Source of the DNA: Macrostomum lignano
Lineage: Eukaryota
Reading direction: 5' to 3'
Assembly: GCA_002269645.1 (NCBI GenBank)
Contig: NIVC01004197.1
Location: 1 to 55,754, forward strand
Length of the DNA: 55,754 bases
Shown: positions 40,056 through 51,504 of the stretch, in pieces
Position numbering within the stretch: position 1 is the first letter of the stretch
Layout: every line of letters starts with the position of its first letter
Program-made: the position numbers and the translations under genes
The notes under the pieces: generated by a model
What the model was told of the DNA's origin: nothing
What the model saw: the letters and a program-made list of their open reading frames with translations, nothing else
Database searches by the model: none

Positions 40056-40242
40056 CAGCGACATACCCAGGATTTTCAATTGGGGGTCAATTGAAAGACT
40101 GCGCTGCTTTTGATTTTACAGTTTGATTGTGACGAAATGGATTATGGATTACATTTGTAAGGTCGCTTGTCAGTTATCTGTTGAATGTTACTCAGCCTGG
40201 AAATTGGAGACGGGGGTGCGGCCCCCCTTGTATATGCCACTG
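40056..40242. mobile_element. 187-bp hAT-type MITE
   Basis: Perfect 8-bp TSD AATCTTGG (40048-40055 and 40243-40250); imperfect TIR CAGCGACATAC / GTATATGCCACTG; the empty site is seen in SINE copy 1. Confidence 0.85.
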
Positions 40243-40372
40243 AATCTTGGCTTGGCTCTGCTTGTGTATTTAAATGTGTTTGAGGGCTAACCCTCAAGGT
40301 ACAGTGAAGTGTACATGCCTAACGATAAATAAAATTAGGGCTGCTGTCCTGTGTGTGTCTGTGCATATGACT

Positions 40373-40545
40373 GCATATGACCCAGCCAGCTGGCGAGGGG
40401 CCCAGCCACCTGGCCAAGGTAAGTTGCAAAAATGCCCACCCAAAAATACAGACATAGAACTAAATAGATGATGAGGCATTTAGCCTTAATAATACAGTCA
40501 TAGTAAGTAACGCAGCTAGTGTCATTCAGGCGGGTAGTGTATGCA
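40373..40545 (-). mobile_element. Diverged relative of the 19868-20165 MITE, also carrying the 28S-like segment
   Basis: Reverse complement shares TACTATGACTGT...AAATGCCTCATCA.CTA.TTAGT and GGGTGGG.ATTTTTGCAACTT with the 19868 MITE; absent from SINE copy 1; ends poorly defined. Confidence 0.65.
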
Positions 40546-41170
40546 TTATGTATCTGCACACTTGTATGTCTGCTTAGGGGGGAGTTAGCAGGATGTGTAA
40601 TAATGCCTCTCATTAGTTATGTGACAATGTCACTTTAAGTATGCCAAGATGCATACAGCCTCCTGCCTCTAATAAGAAATCACCTGGTACGATAGTCATA
40701 TTAGTCAACTGACAAAAGTATTTATGCATAATATAGCTAGTTAGTTCATTTTTGCTTTATAATTTATTACAATAAAATATTATTTTTTAATTCTATAACT
40801 TTCATAGAACAAAATAAATAAGAATTTTTAGCCTTGAAACAAGTGAAAAAAGAAATAGAAAATCAATCTTTTCAGATTTGGTTTTAAAAGGCAACATTAG
40901 TCTAATAAAAAATATTAAAGTTGAATTGTAAATTAAAGTTGAATGCAATTTTTTTATCTATGTTCTACTTTCTGTTTTTTATTTAACAATTTTAAATAGG
41001 GGCCTACTATATACAAGCTATATTATTTGAGAATAACAATACATATTGTTATAATATTGTGACTCAATCACTAGAATGTGAATCACTAATTAGAATAACT
41101 AGAATAATTGACTCAGTAGGCTAGTTACAATGCAATTAGAGTCTAATAGGCTAAAACTGAGTGTTCATTG

Positions 41171-41911
41171 CCTAATGAAAATGGTACCTAGGCCAAGAAG
41201 CATCCAAGAGTCACTTTTGTCATCTCAGAGTTGTTTCTGACATGTTGCAAATGACACAGGTCAAATAGGAAAGAAATGATTCTAAGTGACTCTAAAATGA
41301 CAAGATGTCATAGTACAAATTACCAAAAAGTTGCAGAAGCTCTTCAGCATTGCTGTTGAATCTTTAGTGTATCATTTCTGTTTCAATGAGCATACATTTT
41401 CTATTTGCCCAGAAATGAAAATCCAGCAGTCTATTTAAGACTGGTAATTACAACTCTATAACATATCTAGATTGCCTCAGAAGTGACACACTAACAAATC
41501 TAGTAATGTTAAAGCGCTTCTGCAACTTTTATGCAACTGCAGAATGCAACTAAAACACCAGAAATGTGACTCTAATTCATCAAAAAAATGCAAATATGCT
41601 TCAAACACAACTCGGTTACTCTATGGCCCAAGAATCATTATACTGTTGCCCCAGTCACTAGTCTTGCGCCAAAATCATTTGTGTTGCTCAGAAATCATTT
41701 TAGAGTTGCAGACAATAAAACACTTCAAATTGATTTTGGGATAATTCTTTGACAACTTTTTGGCAACTTCTATTGTGGCATCTTGTCATTTAGGAGTTGT
41801 TTAGAGTAACTTCTTTTCTTTAGACCTGTCATTGCAATATATTTGAAATGACTCTGGGGTGACACAAGTGACTCTGGGACACTTCTTGGCCTAGGTACTA
41901 TTTTCATTGGG
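41171..41911. mobile_element. Fold-back / long-TIR non-autonomous element
   Basis: 41171 to about 41340 (CCTAATGAAAATGGTACCTAGGCCAAGAAG...) is an imperfect inverted repeat of about 41750-41911 (...CTTCTTGGCCTAGGTACTATTTTCATTGGG); TSD not evident. Confidence 0.75.
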
Positions 41912-43889
41912 ATTCTCTTCTCCTACCTTTCCTGAAGTTAAATTCCCCACCCTCCTGTCATTCCCAATTATAATTTCTCATATGTAAAAATTGTCATTTT
42001 TAGATTTCTAAAAATTTCTACTCAATTAATTGTGTAGCTAGGCCATCATGATGTCTAGATGACTAGTATATCACTCCATTAATAGCTATGTGTCAGGGAA
42101 AGGAAGTGCAAGCTCAAAGTCCAAATTTATGTTGTGAGTTCTAAGAAGGCTGTGATCAGTGCAGCAAAGTAAGTATTCATTATATACTATTTCAATTTTA
42201 GTTTTTCTTAGATTAATTTTTTTTGTTTTGTCACAATATATCATTGCTGTTTAATGGTAGGTGATAATATGGCCTGGGTGACCTCATTATCAATAATTTA
42301 GTAGCCATTTTATCCCTACTACCCACCTAGTCAATTGCCAATTTACCCTGAACATTGATAATAGCATACCAGTTGCATATGGCTATACCACTTTCTTATT
42401 GAACAGTGTCTTTATGCATTGTGAATTTTAGTTCTGGTCCTAGCAAGTCTGGTGCAGACAATTTTGACTGGATAGATATTGATGAATTGGACAACAAGCA
42501 CAAAGAAGAGGAAGCTACTGCTAGTTTTTCCCCTGCCAATCATGCAAATGTGCAAGGTACAACAACAAATTATGGATTAAGTAGGGCATATCTCTGCTAC
42601 TCAGCTTTTGCTCATTCTTTAAGGCAAAAGCAGTGTGCAGCAAGTGCCAATTGAGTCTAGGGGAGACCTTTTGGTGCAAGATGTATGGTCTGCTAAATGT
42701 TTGCTATCAGTTTTTGGAAACTCAGCATTATCATAAGCCACTACATAGAAATGGAATGTAAGTTGTAAAATCATAGTACATATACTGTATGTTGGTGTTC
42801 CTATTTTTATAAAATACCAATATTATATTCAAACAATAGTATCTTCTTTCTTACACTTAGAGGAAATCTTTTTTCAAAGAGAGCAAGCTGTTGTTTGTTT
42901 GAGATAATTGGATATTCCAAGGTTTGAAGAGAGATTAAAGCAGTTTTATTTAACAAAAAAGGTAGACATTACTTATCATAAACTGTTATCTTATAAAATA
43001 TGGTTGGCACTGTAATCACTAAAATAATTATTGTCCTTCAGCTAAAGACATTGATGTGTGTATTTGCCTATGTGGCTGTTCCCAACTTTCTATGGTCATG
43101 TTCAATATGGGATACTGGCCTATTCAAGCAAACCCCAAGAAGGCTCATATGGCCAAGGCTATTTCTATCTAACTATTGCTGTTGATAGTCTATTTGGCAG
43201 ATGACTAGTGCATCACTTTATTTAGTTTGCAAGGCAGAGCAATTGCAGAAGTCTTTACTCTGGGGTTCTAATTCAGTATATTGATATTTAGTTTATAAAG
43301 TGAACTATAATACTCATGGAAAAATTGAAACAATAAATTAAAATAAGGCATACATGTATATTCCATTAAAATTAACTATATGTTTTACAAATATATGTAT
43401 TATATGCATCTTATTTTATATTTTATATCACAGATAAACATATATTGACTGTTGAGCTTGTATGGCTAATAACTCATGGATAAATTCAAATGGTCTAGCA
43501 AGGTTGAATGCGCTGCATGCTTTGATGTAAGAGAAAATGAAAGTTGTGCATTTTATTTGTTTCAACTTAAAGTGTGAACTTCCATTATGATCAATATTAT
43601 GAGTATTAACTAATTGCAATGTGCTAATAGTAACATCATCTTGAAATCCCACAGCATTTAGGTGGTATTAAGATATATAAGCTTATAGTTTTACTATTGT
43701 ACTCTTTATTTTATGAACTGAAATTCCATAAGTTTTTGGCAGTAAAACTACTTGCTTTTTTGCTAGCCCATTGATCAACCAGAACAAGGGAATGTCTATC
43801 CAATCTATAAAGCTCTAGTATTTGCACCTCTCAATAGATGTTTTAGTTTGAAGCACTATACAATAGCTGGCGAAGAGTTCCTTCAATTG

Positions 43890-44696
43890 GCAATTGCCTC
43901 TTTCTTTTTGGATATTGATATAGAAACAATTATAGAGCCAAGAAAAGACTACTGTCCAGATTGGCATGCCATAAGACATAGTCAGTCCCTTGTTTCTGTA
44001 TCATATATATATCACTTGGATATCTTTAGCCATTTCTATGCCTCTTGAGTCTTGCCAATATGGTTCTATTCAATATTTGGCCAACATAATCACACCTTGA
44101 GAAAGGTATTTGTACTCATGCTACTCTTAGTATCAAAAGTTTTTACTTGAAAATTTCCTTATAATTGGCCCTCTACTCATGTGCAATAGTGGCCTAGTTA
44201 ATGAAGGATATTCTCTTTTCTGTCTCCATAGTTGTGCTCTATGACATAGCTTGAAAGTTGGCTAGGCAGTTTAAAAATGCACAGCTGAATTTCCCTATCC
44301 CAGCGTTTTATGCTTAGGGTCACAACTATAGTTATCAACTAGGGCCTAAATAGTAGAGTGCAAAATACCAAAAGAGCTAGTCTGATTAATGGAGAAACCA
44401 GTGACTTGTGTTGGGCAATCTTGTGTTGCTATAGCCCTCAAGTAAAAGAGATCAATGGATGAGTATAAGTATGAGTATGTATGCCATGAGTATGAGACTA
44501 TGAATATCAATAAGAGTATAACATCAAATTTAGATTGCATATTATTCTTTCTTACTTCCATAGACCAGATCATGCTAGCTGCATACCCAAACAAAAATTG
44601 AATAATTATAAATGTATGCCAAAAAGAATTTAGTGCATGCCTATTCTCAAAAATATGCCAGTGTTGCAACAATAAATGACCTTTTGTAAACTGCAT
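43890..44696 (-). mobile_element. Degraded Penelope-like retroelement relic (RT thumb + GIY-YIG endonuclease)
   Basis: Minus-strand fragments MEVRKNN....FDVI, S.H......SSI..F.LRAI, QIPFSRCDYVGQ...RTI.ARLKRH and KKEAI, in PLE order; many stops; YxDD not recognisable. Confidence 0.55.
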
Positions 44697-47351
44697 GATA
44701 GACCTTTATTAGAAAATAATTCAGTTTTTTTTGCTTTTTTGATGATAATAGGCCTATTCAAAACAGAAAATTGATATACACATATTTGTCTAAATGCTTT
44801 TTTGCAAGCTTGAAAAAACTGGAAAGCTTGAAATTTACACTTAAAATTTCACTTTTTTAGTTTTTTTCTATTTCCCAATAACTTTTGAATGTGATTCTAT
44901 AAATTACACACCAGGTGTACACGCATACTTTTTTCTCAGAAGTGATGCACACCAACTGTGCACACCTAATTTTTGGGCATATACTACATGATCTAGAGTG
45001 TGGTCTTATTTTAATATATTTTCAAGGTTATATAGCCTATATATTATAGGGGATAGGGCCTACTCAAGCCAATGAATTTTAGCAAAGGCCTACCATCTTT
45101 TAGGTTTAAATTTTAAAACAGTAACATTGTCATTTGATTAGGCCTAGCTGCACTGGCCTTAAAGATTTTAAACAAAAAATAAATTTTAGATGTAGCATGT
45201 GCCCTATGCCCTAGAATGGCCTAGAAGCTCTGTTAGGCCTATTTAACAATAGGGGACTATAAATGAAAACTCTATTATTCTAGCATATATATGCAATATG
45301 ATTACAGCTAAATCTATAATGTGATTAGGCCCCCTGGCCCTAACATTAACAAAATTCAAAAACAAATTTACCATACAACGATAGCAATTATCATTATCAC
45401 TAACACTAACTCATGATTGGTATCTACGACATCAGACTGAAATAACTAAGTATATTATCTTGGTATTCTTAAGTATTATCCTATTAGCATGATGGTTACT
45501 GATTAGCATGATTAGCATTAGCATAGCTACAGACATAACAAAAATAAAAATGTTGTTTCGTCATCCGACGTGGTCGTGGGGCATATAGTTTTTATTTCAT
45601 AGTAAACTGACTGTTTAAATTTACGCATTAATTATTCCGTGCGTTATAACAGAAAAGGTGCGTTTGAAACAAACTCAGATGCTACGAAAGTAAATACCGG
45701 CAGTATCTATAATTCGCGCATTATATATTAATTAGACAAAAAATAAAATTACTTCTTTCGACCAAGTAAAGCTGGGTGCCCCTAAAACAGCTATAAAGCG
45801 ATGGACTAGTGCCAGCTTGACCTGGACCTAGCTGCTATTAAAGCCCCTCCACGATATCCTGCACCTCTCATATGCAATGGATCGGTATGTACAATGAGAG
45901 CCTTTTAACGTAGTGCATGGGCCTGATCAAGGTTGGACGAAATATGAATCCTTCTCGAGAAGCTTCATATATGAGGGTTAACCCCAAATAATTTTATTAA
46001 ATGGCTACAGCTACTACATTGAGTTTTTACCCCAAGTAGCTAGCCGCTGCTACGCAACGCGACGGCGGCGGCGGCCGGAAGACCAGGGGCGGCCGGCTCC
46101 GCTGGGAGGACTTGGAAATGACACCAACTGCATGGGGCCGCGGATCAGGAGCTGGACCATGCAGACAGGGTGACTGCGATTTGCTGACATTTGCTGACAC
46201 TTAACTTTGGAGTTTCTGACAAATAATATTGGAGCCGTGCTGAGCGCGGGGCTGCAGCAGCTCTGCGTCCTGCATAGACAATTCTGCTAAATCTGTGTGA
46301 TCTTTTGCCAATGCGACTGGCCCATGCACCCCTGTCTACCCACCCTGTCTACCCCACCCCCGTCTACCCCAACCTGTCTAGTATACCTGTCTAGTGCATA
46401 TTTAGTACGTGCACGTACTAAATATCTACTATCAAAGATGACTTTATCATATCTACTTTTTACATGTCATCTTCATTGCCAATTAATTGCAGCTGTGGTC
46501 GAACCGCAATTCATATATTCATATATACATAGTACACGTATTTTGTAGGGGAGTTACATCGTAAACATTTTTAATGTATGCAGAGCTGAAGAAAATACGT
46601 GTAGATCGATATATTGTGCTGATTTTCCCCATACAGTTGCTAGTTAATGATCTACTATGTACACGAAGCATTATTTGTAATGATTTACAAATAAGGAAAC
46701 TTTTGCATATACCGACCCTAGTGTTGTATAGTTTATATCTTTCTAATAATGATGAGGACGCATCTTTTTTCAATCTTAAAACCGCACGTTTTGCTCCGAT
46801 GCGCTTTTTTTCTACTGTCAGTAGGCTAGCTTAGGATATGATTTTCTCTCTACACTCTCATCTAGGCTGAGTCCTATGTCATTTTATGACATTACTATTA
46901 ATTATGTTAGAGGCTTAATGTACTTCCCTTAGGATTCTAATTTTGGGTTGTTTACGCATCTCTGAAGGTCATGGGCTATCCCGATCCGGGTCTGAATTGG
47001 TTTGACCTCTAACAGTCTAGACAGGCGACACTAAGTCTGGGAGGAATGTTTTTAATCTCATTTTGACCCCTGATTTGTGACGTTTTCAATATTTTTAATG
47101 ATTTACTGCGGTCTGCATGGCTGTCACTTTTGACTCCAGCCTGTCCGGGTCAAAGAGGTCTTTCCAGCCTCCTCCCCACTCGCTCTATTACCTTCTCCTT
47201 TGATTTATGGGCTTTTTGCAGTCACCTCATGGCGCCAGGATGTCTAGACAAATGACCTTTATTCGGTTTTGCTCATGATTTATGACCGCGCCTGTCAACT
47301 TCCCGGGGTCTGAAGGCCACCTGGTGGGATGGGTTTTGGGGTCTTGAGCTC

Positions 47352-47486
47352 AGCCAATCAGAGTCGACCTGACCGCCCCCGGCTCGACCAATCAGAAAAT
47401 TCGGCACCGATTTTAACAAAGGCTCCCAGCCGATGGGAAAATTCGGCACTCGTTATAACAAATCGGCCGCGTGAGATCTATAAAAG
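47352..47486 (+). promoter_or_regulatory. CCAAT-CCAAT-TATA promoter-like module, possibly retroelement LTR/ITR
   Basis: AGCCAATCAG at 47352, GACCAATCAG at 47387 and TATAAAAG at 47479, in a GC-rich island with no recognisable downstream CDS. Confidence 0.4.
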
Positions 47487-49267
47487 GCGGCATGTCGGCC
47501 CGCGCTCGACAAAGGTGTTCGTTCAGTCCCTGGCAACCTTGGACTCCTTGGGCGGAGGTCTCTCCAACGCTCGTCCTTCGGCCGAGGTCACTCTTGATCC
47601 CCTTCCCCCCCCCCCCTTGGCAGTTTCGGCTTCACCAGTTAAGTCTCCCCTGATCAGCATCGTCAGTACTTCCCGGTCGTGATCTAGGAGCAGCAACAGC
47701 AACCGACAAGTGAAGAGTAATGGCGGCACTCGTCAGTTAAGATCAGCATCAGCATCCCGTCCGAGCGCTTCGGTCTCTGTGGAATCCTTGGCTACCGGCA
47801 GATATAGGTCCTCTGATTGGTTGGGTGAGAGGCTTTCTTGACCTGCTTAACTGGGTGCGCCCTTTGTCTGACCCCTTCCTAGGTAGTCTGATAGGATTTG
47901 CACTTTTGTTTACTTGCTTTTGTGTGCCAAACTTGAGGCAGAAGTTTCATTTAATACTAAAAGTAGCCATTTGCTCTGACTCAATCTAAGGCGTTTAGGA
48001 TTGTAGATTAAGTAAGAAAGTTAAATCTATAAGTTAAAGACTTAGTGTTTTCTTTCTTTTTCGCAATGCCAGCTGAGATGAGTGGCTAGATCTAGGGGCA
48101 GAGGTCACAGTGGACCGGAAGCGGCACAGTCCCAGTCAATCAGTCGATCTAAGCAATCATGATAAGCATGCAACCTAAGTGCCAGACTGGCGCTTTGGCG
48201 CGGTCACAGGCAGTCAAGCGCAAGAACCCCCTGCAAAAGTCCTCTCTGTCCTTGCATGGCCAATGCGATCTTAGTCCCAGCAGCGTCCCTTCTATTCGGC
48301 TATGACTTCAAGATAGACAGCTAAAAGACACTAGATGGCAGGTAAGTGCAGTGCCCCTCTAGTCGGAAGTCCGATTTCGATAGCTCCGGTTTGGTGAGCC
48401 GGGGCGCATGGACTGGTGGCAGCGGGTTGGTTAATCTGTGGATTAGCTAAATCTCTACCTTTCAAATTCTCCCTGCTTGTCTCTCGCTGTCTTCTCTTAG
48501 CTATAGGACCTTGCTGCTCGCCCACAATCTTGCTACCACGGGGCTGACCATCTGACAGGAGTGAGAGGCCAGAGCTTTAAGTGATTCATTTCTGAGTTCT
48601 GAGGCCCGAAGCTTACAGGCTAAAAAAGGCCGAACCCATCAATAACTTAATTACTTATACGTAGCACTCCTGTCATTCTCCGAGCTTGGTAATTGGTAAA
48701 TTGATTATTTCAGCTATAGTTTTAAAAGGATCGAGAGCCAATTGTGCCGGGGACCGATTTGGGGGGGGGGCGGGGGCGGCCCCACTGCTAGATGTACCAC
48801 AAGAAACTGAAGTACTTACATGTATTTAGCGACCACGTACATATGTACGTTACAAGCATGTGCAAGAGCTAGCTTTGCATTCGGACATGCCTTAGTTAGA
48901 TTTTGGCTTTATTATGCAGGTCTCTGTCAATTTAACTTGAGCGATTTTATATTAAATGTACCACAATTGCATGCATATATATACCTGCGCCAAATGCTGC
49001 AAAATCTGCAGCATTAGTCATTTGAAACACGCGTAAACACAGAGTGCTATGCAAAAGAAACTACATGTAGCCTACATGCAGAAAGTTTACATAATTTCCG
49101 TCAATCGTAAATTACTCGTATACTCCGTTTACTTAAAAGAATGGTCCAAAAGTTGCATCAAATATTCAACTTGCGCTGACACCTGTATAAATAACACTAG
49201 AAAGATATCAGTTTAAAGCCACCTTCAAATTGCACAGACACTATACGCACTAGTCAAAATCGAAATT

Positions 49268-51287
49268 ATGAATATTTTATCTCCAGTATTCGCCCTCGGA
49301 ATTCTGCTGTCACTGTCAACTCCAACAGTTCGAGCTGCATCGCTGGTTAACAAAAGTTCAAGCAATGCCAACACGGTCAGCCTGTTTGAGGATACGAATC
49401 CCCCCGCTTCTGTGGCTAAAAGACCCGCCATCGTGAAACCCGTGCTGAAATTTGAGCGAGTCTGCGATCCGCTTGTTGGCTACAGTGGATTGTACAGAAG
49501 GCACCCTCTAGTGCTGCCTTTGGCAATCAGTTTGTCCAGAAGTTCGAACGCTCCTGCAGACTATGTGGCAACCGACATCAAGCTGAGCGTTGATGAAGCT
49601 CTGAAATCCACCTTGCTTGATGGCAGTGAAAGCTCCACAGTCAAGTTGTTGGTCCAGCTGAAAAGGCGGCAGCCAGATGAGATAGGAGCAGGACAGCTGG
49701 TGTTCCTGTGCAGTGACTTCACCAGATGCCAGCAGTTGAGGGAATCGATCGAAGATGATCCAGAAGAGCTCTGGCGTTCTATCAGATTTTCTATCGAATT
49801 GAAACCCACTGTAGAGCCGTCATCGAACGTCGAATCAAAAGTTATTCGATTTGACAATCTTCGACCTGTCAATCTGCCAGAGCTGGCCTGCGAGTCCAGA
49901 TCTGACTGGATTGTATTTCAGAGGCGCGTTGACGGCAATCTTTCCTTCGCTAAGAATTGGGACGCCTACGTGAATGGGTTTGGAAATCCTGAATCCAACT
50001 ACTGGATGGGTGAGTTTGCTAGTTGAAACTCAATCAGAAGGTGCAGAGGTGCTTCACGACGTTTCACCCTGACACAAGTGTACACCTGGGAATGCATGCA
50101 GCAATGAAGAAAAAAACAATTAATTTAATTTCTTTAGCTCGATAAATTTTCAATATCCTGCTTTCGAGGCGAATACGTTTGCAATTAGGGGTGTGGCCTA
50201 GTGGTTAGGCGTCGGACTCACGACTTAAAGGTCGTGCGTTCGATTCTAGATCCATCTGGAAAAATTTGTGCCCCTGAGCAAGACACTTAACTCTGCATTG
50301 CTTCAGTTCACCCAGCTGTAAAATGGGTGCCAGCATTAGCTGGGGTATTTGAGGCCGTGTGTGGCGACCCCCAGTCCTTGGACTGAACAGCCGTACGTAG
50401 CCTTCAGATGCGCCTCGCAATAGCTGAGGCTGAGCACATCTGGCCATTTAGGGCAGGTGTAATCAATTACTAATTTTATTATTAGTATTATTATTATACG
50501 CGTTTTTGTCTGGGACCTTAGAGTTTGGTGCTCTCTTTCTTAAGATAGATGTCTAGCGGTCTAAGGTTCGTACAGCTCTAATCCTGTCGTAAGCTGTTCG
50601 TACAGCTCCTTTGTTCACTGTTGGGCACACTCTCGTCATTAATCGTTTGATTAGTTGATCCGATAGTACCGGAAGCTAGATAATTAACGTACCATAAAAT
50701 ATTAACTTTATATATGTTAACGTTTTATAGTAGGGGAGAGGGAGAGTGAGTGAGAAAACAAAAGTAAGGACTAATAGTAACGAGCAACGTAACAACGCTT
50801 TATTGAATTCCCTGACTGAAAAACCTCGATCCTCAGGTCTTGAACGACTGTTTCAATTGACTGCCACGGGCAAGAAGAGCAGCTACCATGACACCTCCAG
50901 GTGTCGGCTGCGCATTGACCTGCGCGATTTCAATGGCAACAGCTACCGGAGCGAGTACGGCCTGTTCCAGGTGCTGGATTCCGGTCAGAACTACCGCTTA
51001 AGAGTTGGACAGAAGGTGCCAAATTCTCAGATTGATGGGTTCGCTTCGGTGCACAGCGAATCTCAGTTCAGCACCTACGAGAGGAGCAATGACAGACTGC
51101 CTGGGGACTCCTGCTCTCAGCTATACGGCTTCGGCGGCTGGTGGTACAATGCCTGCCACCACGTCAACCTCAACGGCGCCTACCTGACTAACAGAAACAT
51201 CACGGACAGTCCGATCTACGCGTCCTTTCGTCGGGATGGAAAATTTGTGCCGTCATGTTTACCGAGATGAAGCTAAAATGCGGCTGA
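49268..51287 (+). CDS. Secreted fibrinogen-related-domain (FReD) protein; exons 49268-50009 and 50837-51287
   Basis: Signal peptide; WIVFQRRVDG..SF..NW..Y..GFG.P..NYWMG|LE.L..LT, LRIDL.DF.G....EY..F, FSTYERSND, GGWWYNAC..VNLNG. Phase-1 intron fits. Canonical TEMK terminus only after a 1-nt frameshift near 51255. Confidence 0.9.
50188..50460 (+). mobile_element. tRNA-derived CORE-type SINE in the FReD intron
   Basis: A box TGGCCTAGTGG and B box GTTCGATTC, followed by TGTGCCCCTGAGCAAGACACTTAAC...CAGCTGTAAAATGGG, which resembles the MIR/CORE domain. Confidence 0.8.
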
Positions 51288-51504
51288 GATGATAACCCGC
51301 GTATTGACGTTGTGAAACATTTTTAAAACAATTACAAAAACCAATTTATCGATGATTAACTAAAAAGACTTTTCAGTTTTTGGAGTGGTCAATATCAAAA
51401 TATAAATACAAAATGGCACTTAAAGGATTTTATTTATACAGGAGTTTGGCAACTCTCACTCAGCTATTAAAAGCTTGTATGCAAGCCTTTGCTTCCTCGT
51501 GCAG

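Larger units (their letters stand above)
39975..40680 (+). mobile_element. tRNA-SINE-like repeat (copy 2), interrupted by two insertions
   Basis: Collinear with 3859-4190 (CTCGATTCCAAGTGCAGTCAC, CTTGGCTCTGCT, GAGGGC.AACCC.CAAGG.ACAGTGAAGTG, CCTGCCTCTAATAA) once 40056-40250 and about 40373-40545 are removed. Confidence 0.7.

Noticed and set aside
42406-42725. Acidic ORF and CSKC motif as a gene
   Set aside because: Short, frame-broken and no recognisable family; possibly decayed TE sequence.
44560-44620. KDZ/HMGXB3-like transposase motif (VCS*HDLVYGSK) on the minus strand
   Set aside because: Single short motif with a stop; the overlapping frame fits Penelope RT better and is followed by GIY-YIG motifs.
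50188-50260. tRNA gene
   Set aside because: A and B boxes are present but the acceptor stem does not pair and the sequence continues into a CORE domain; it is a SINE head.
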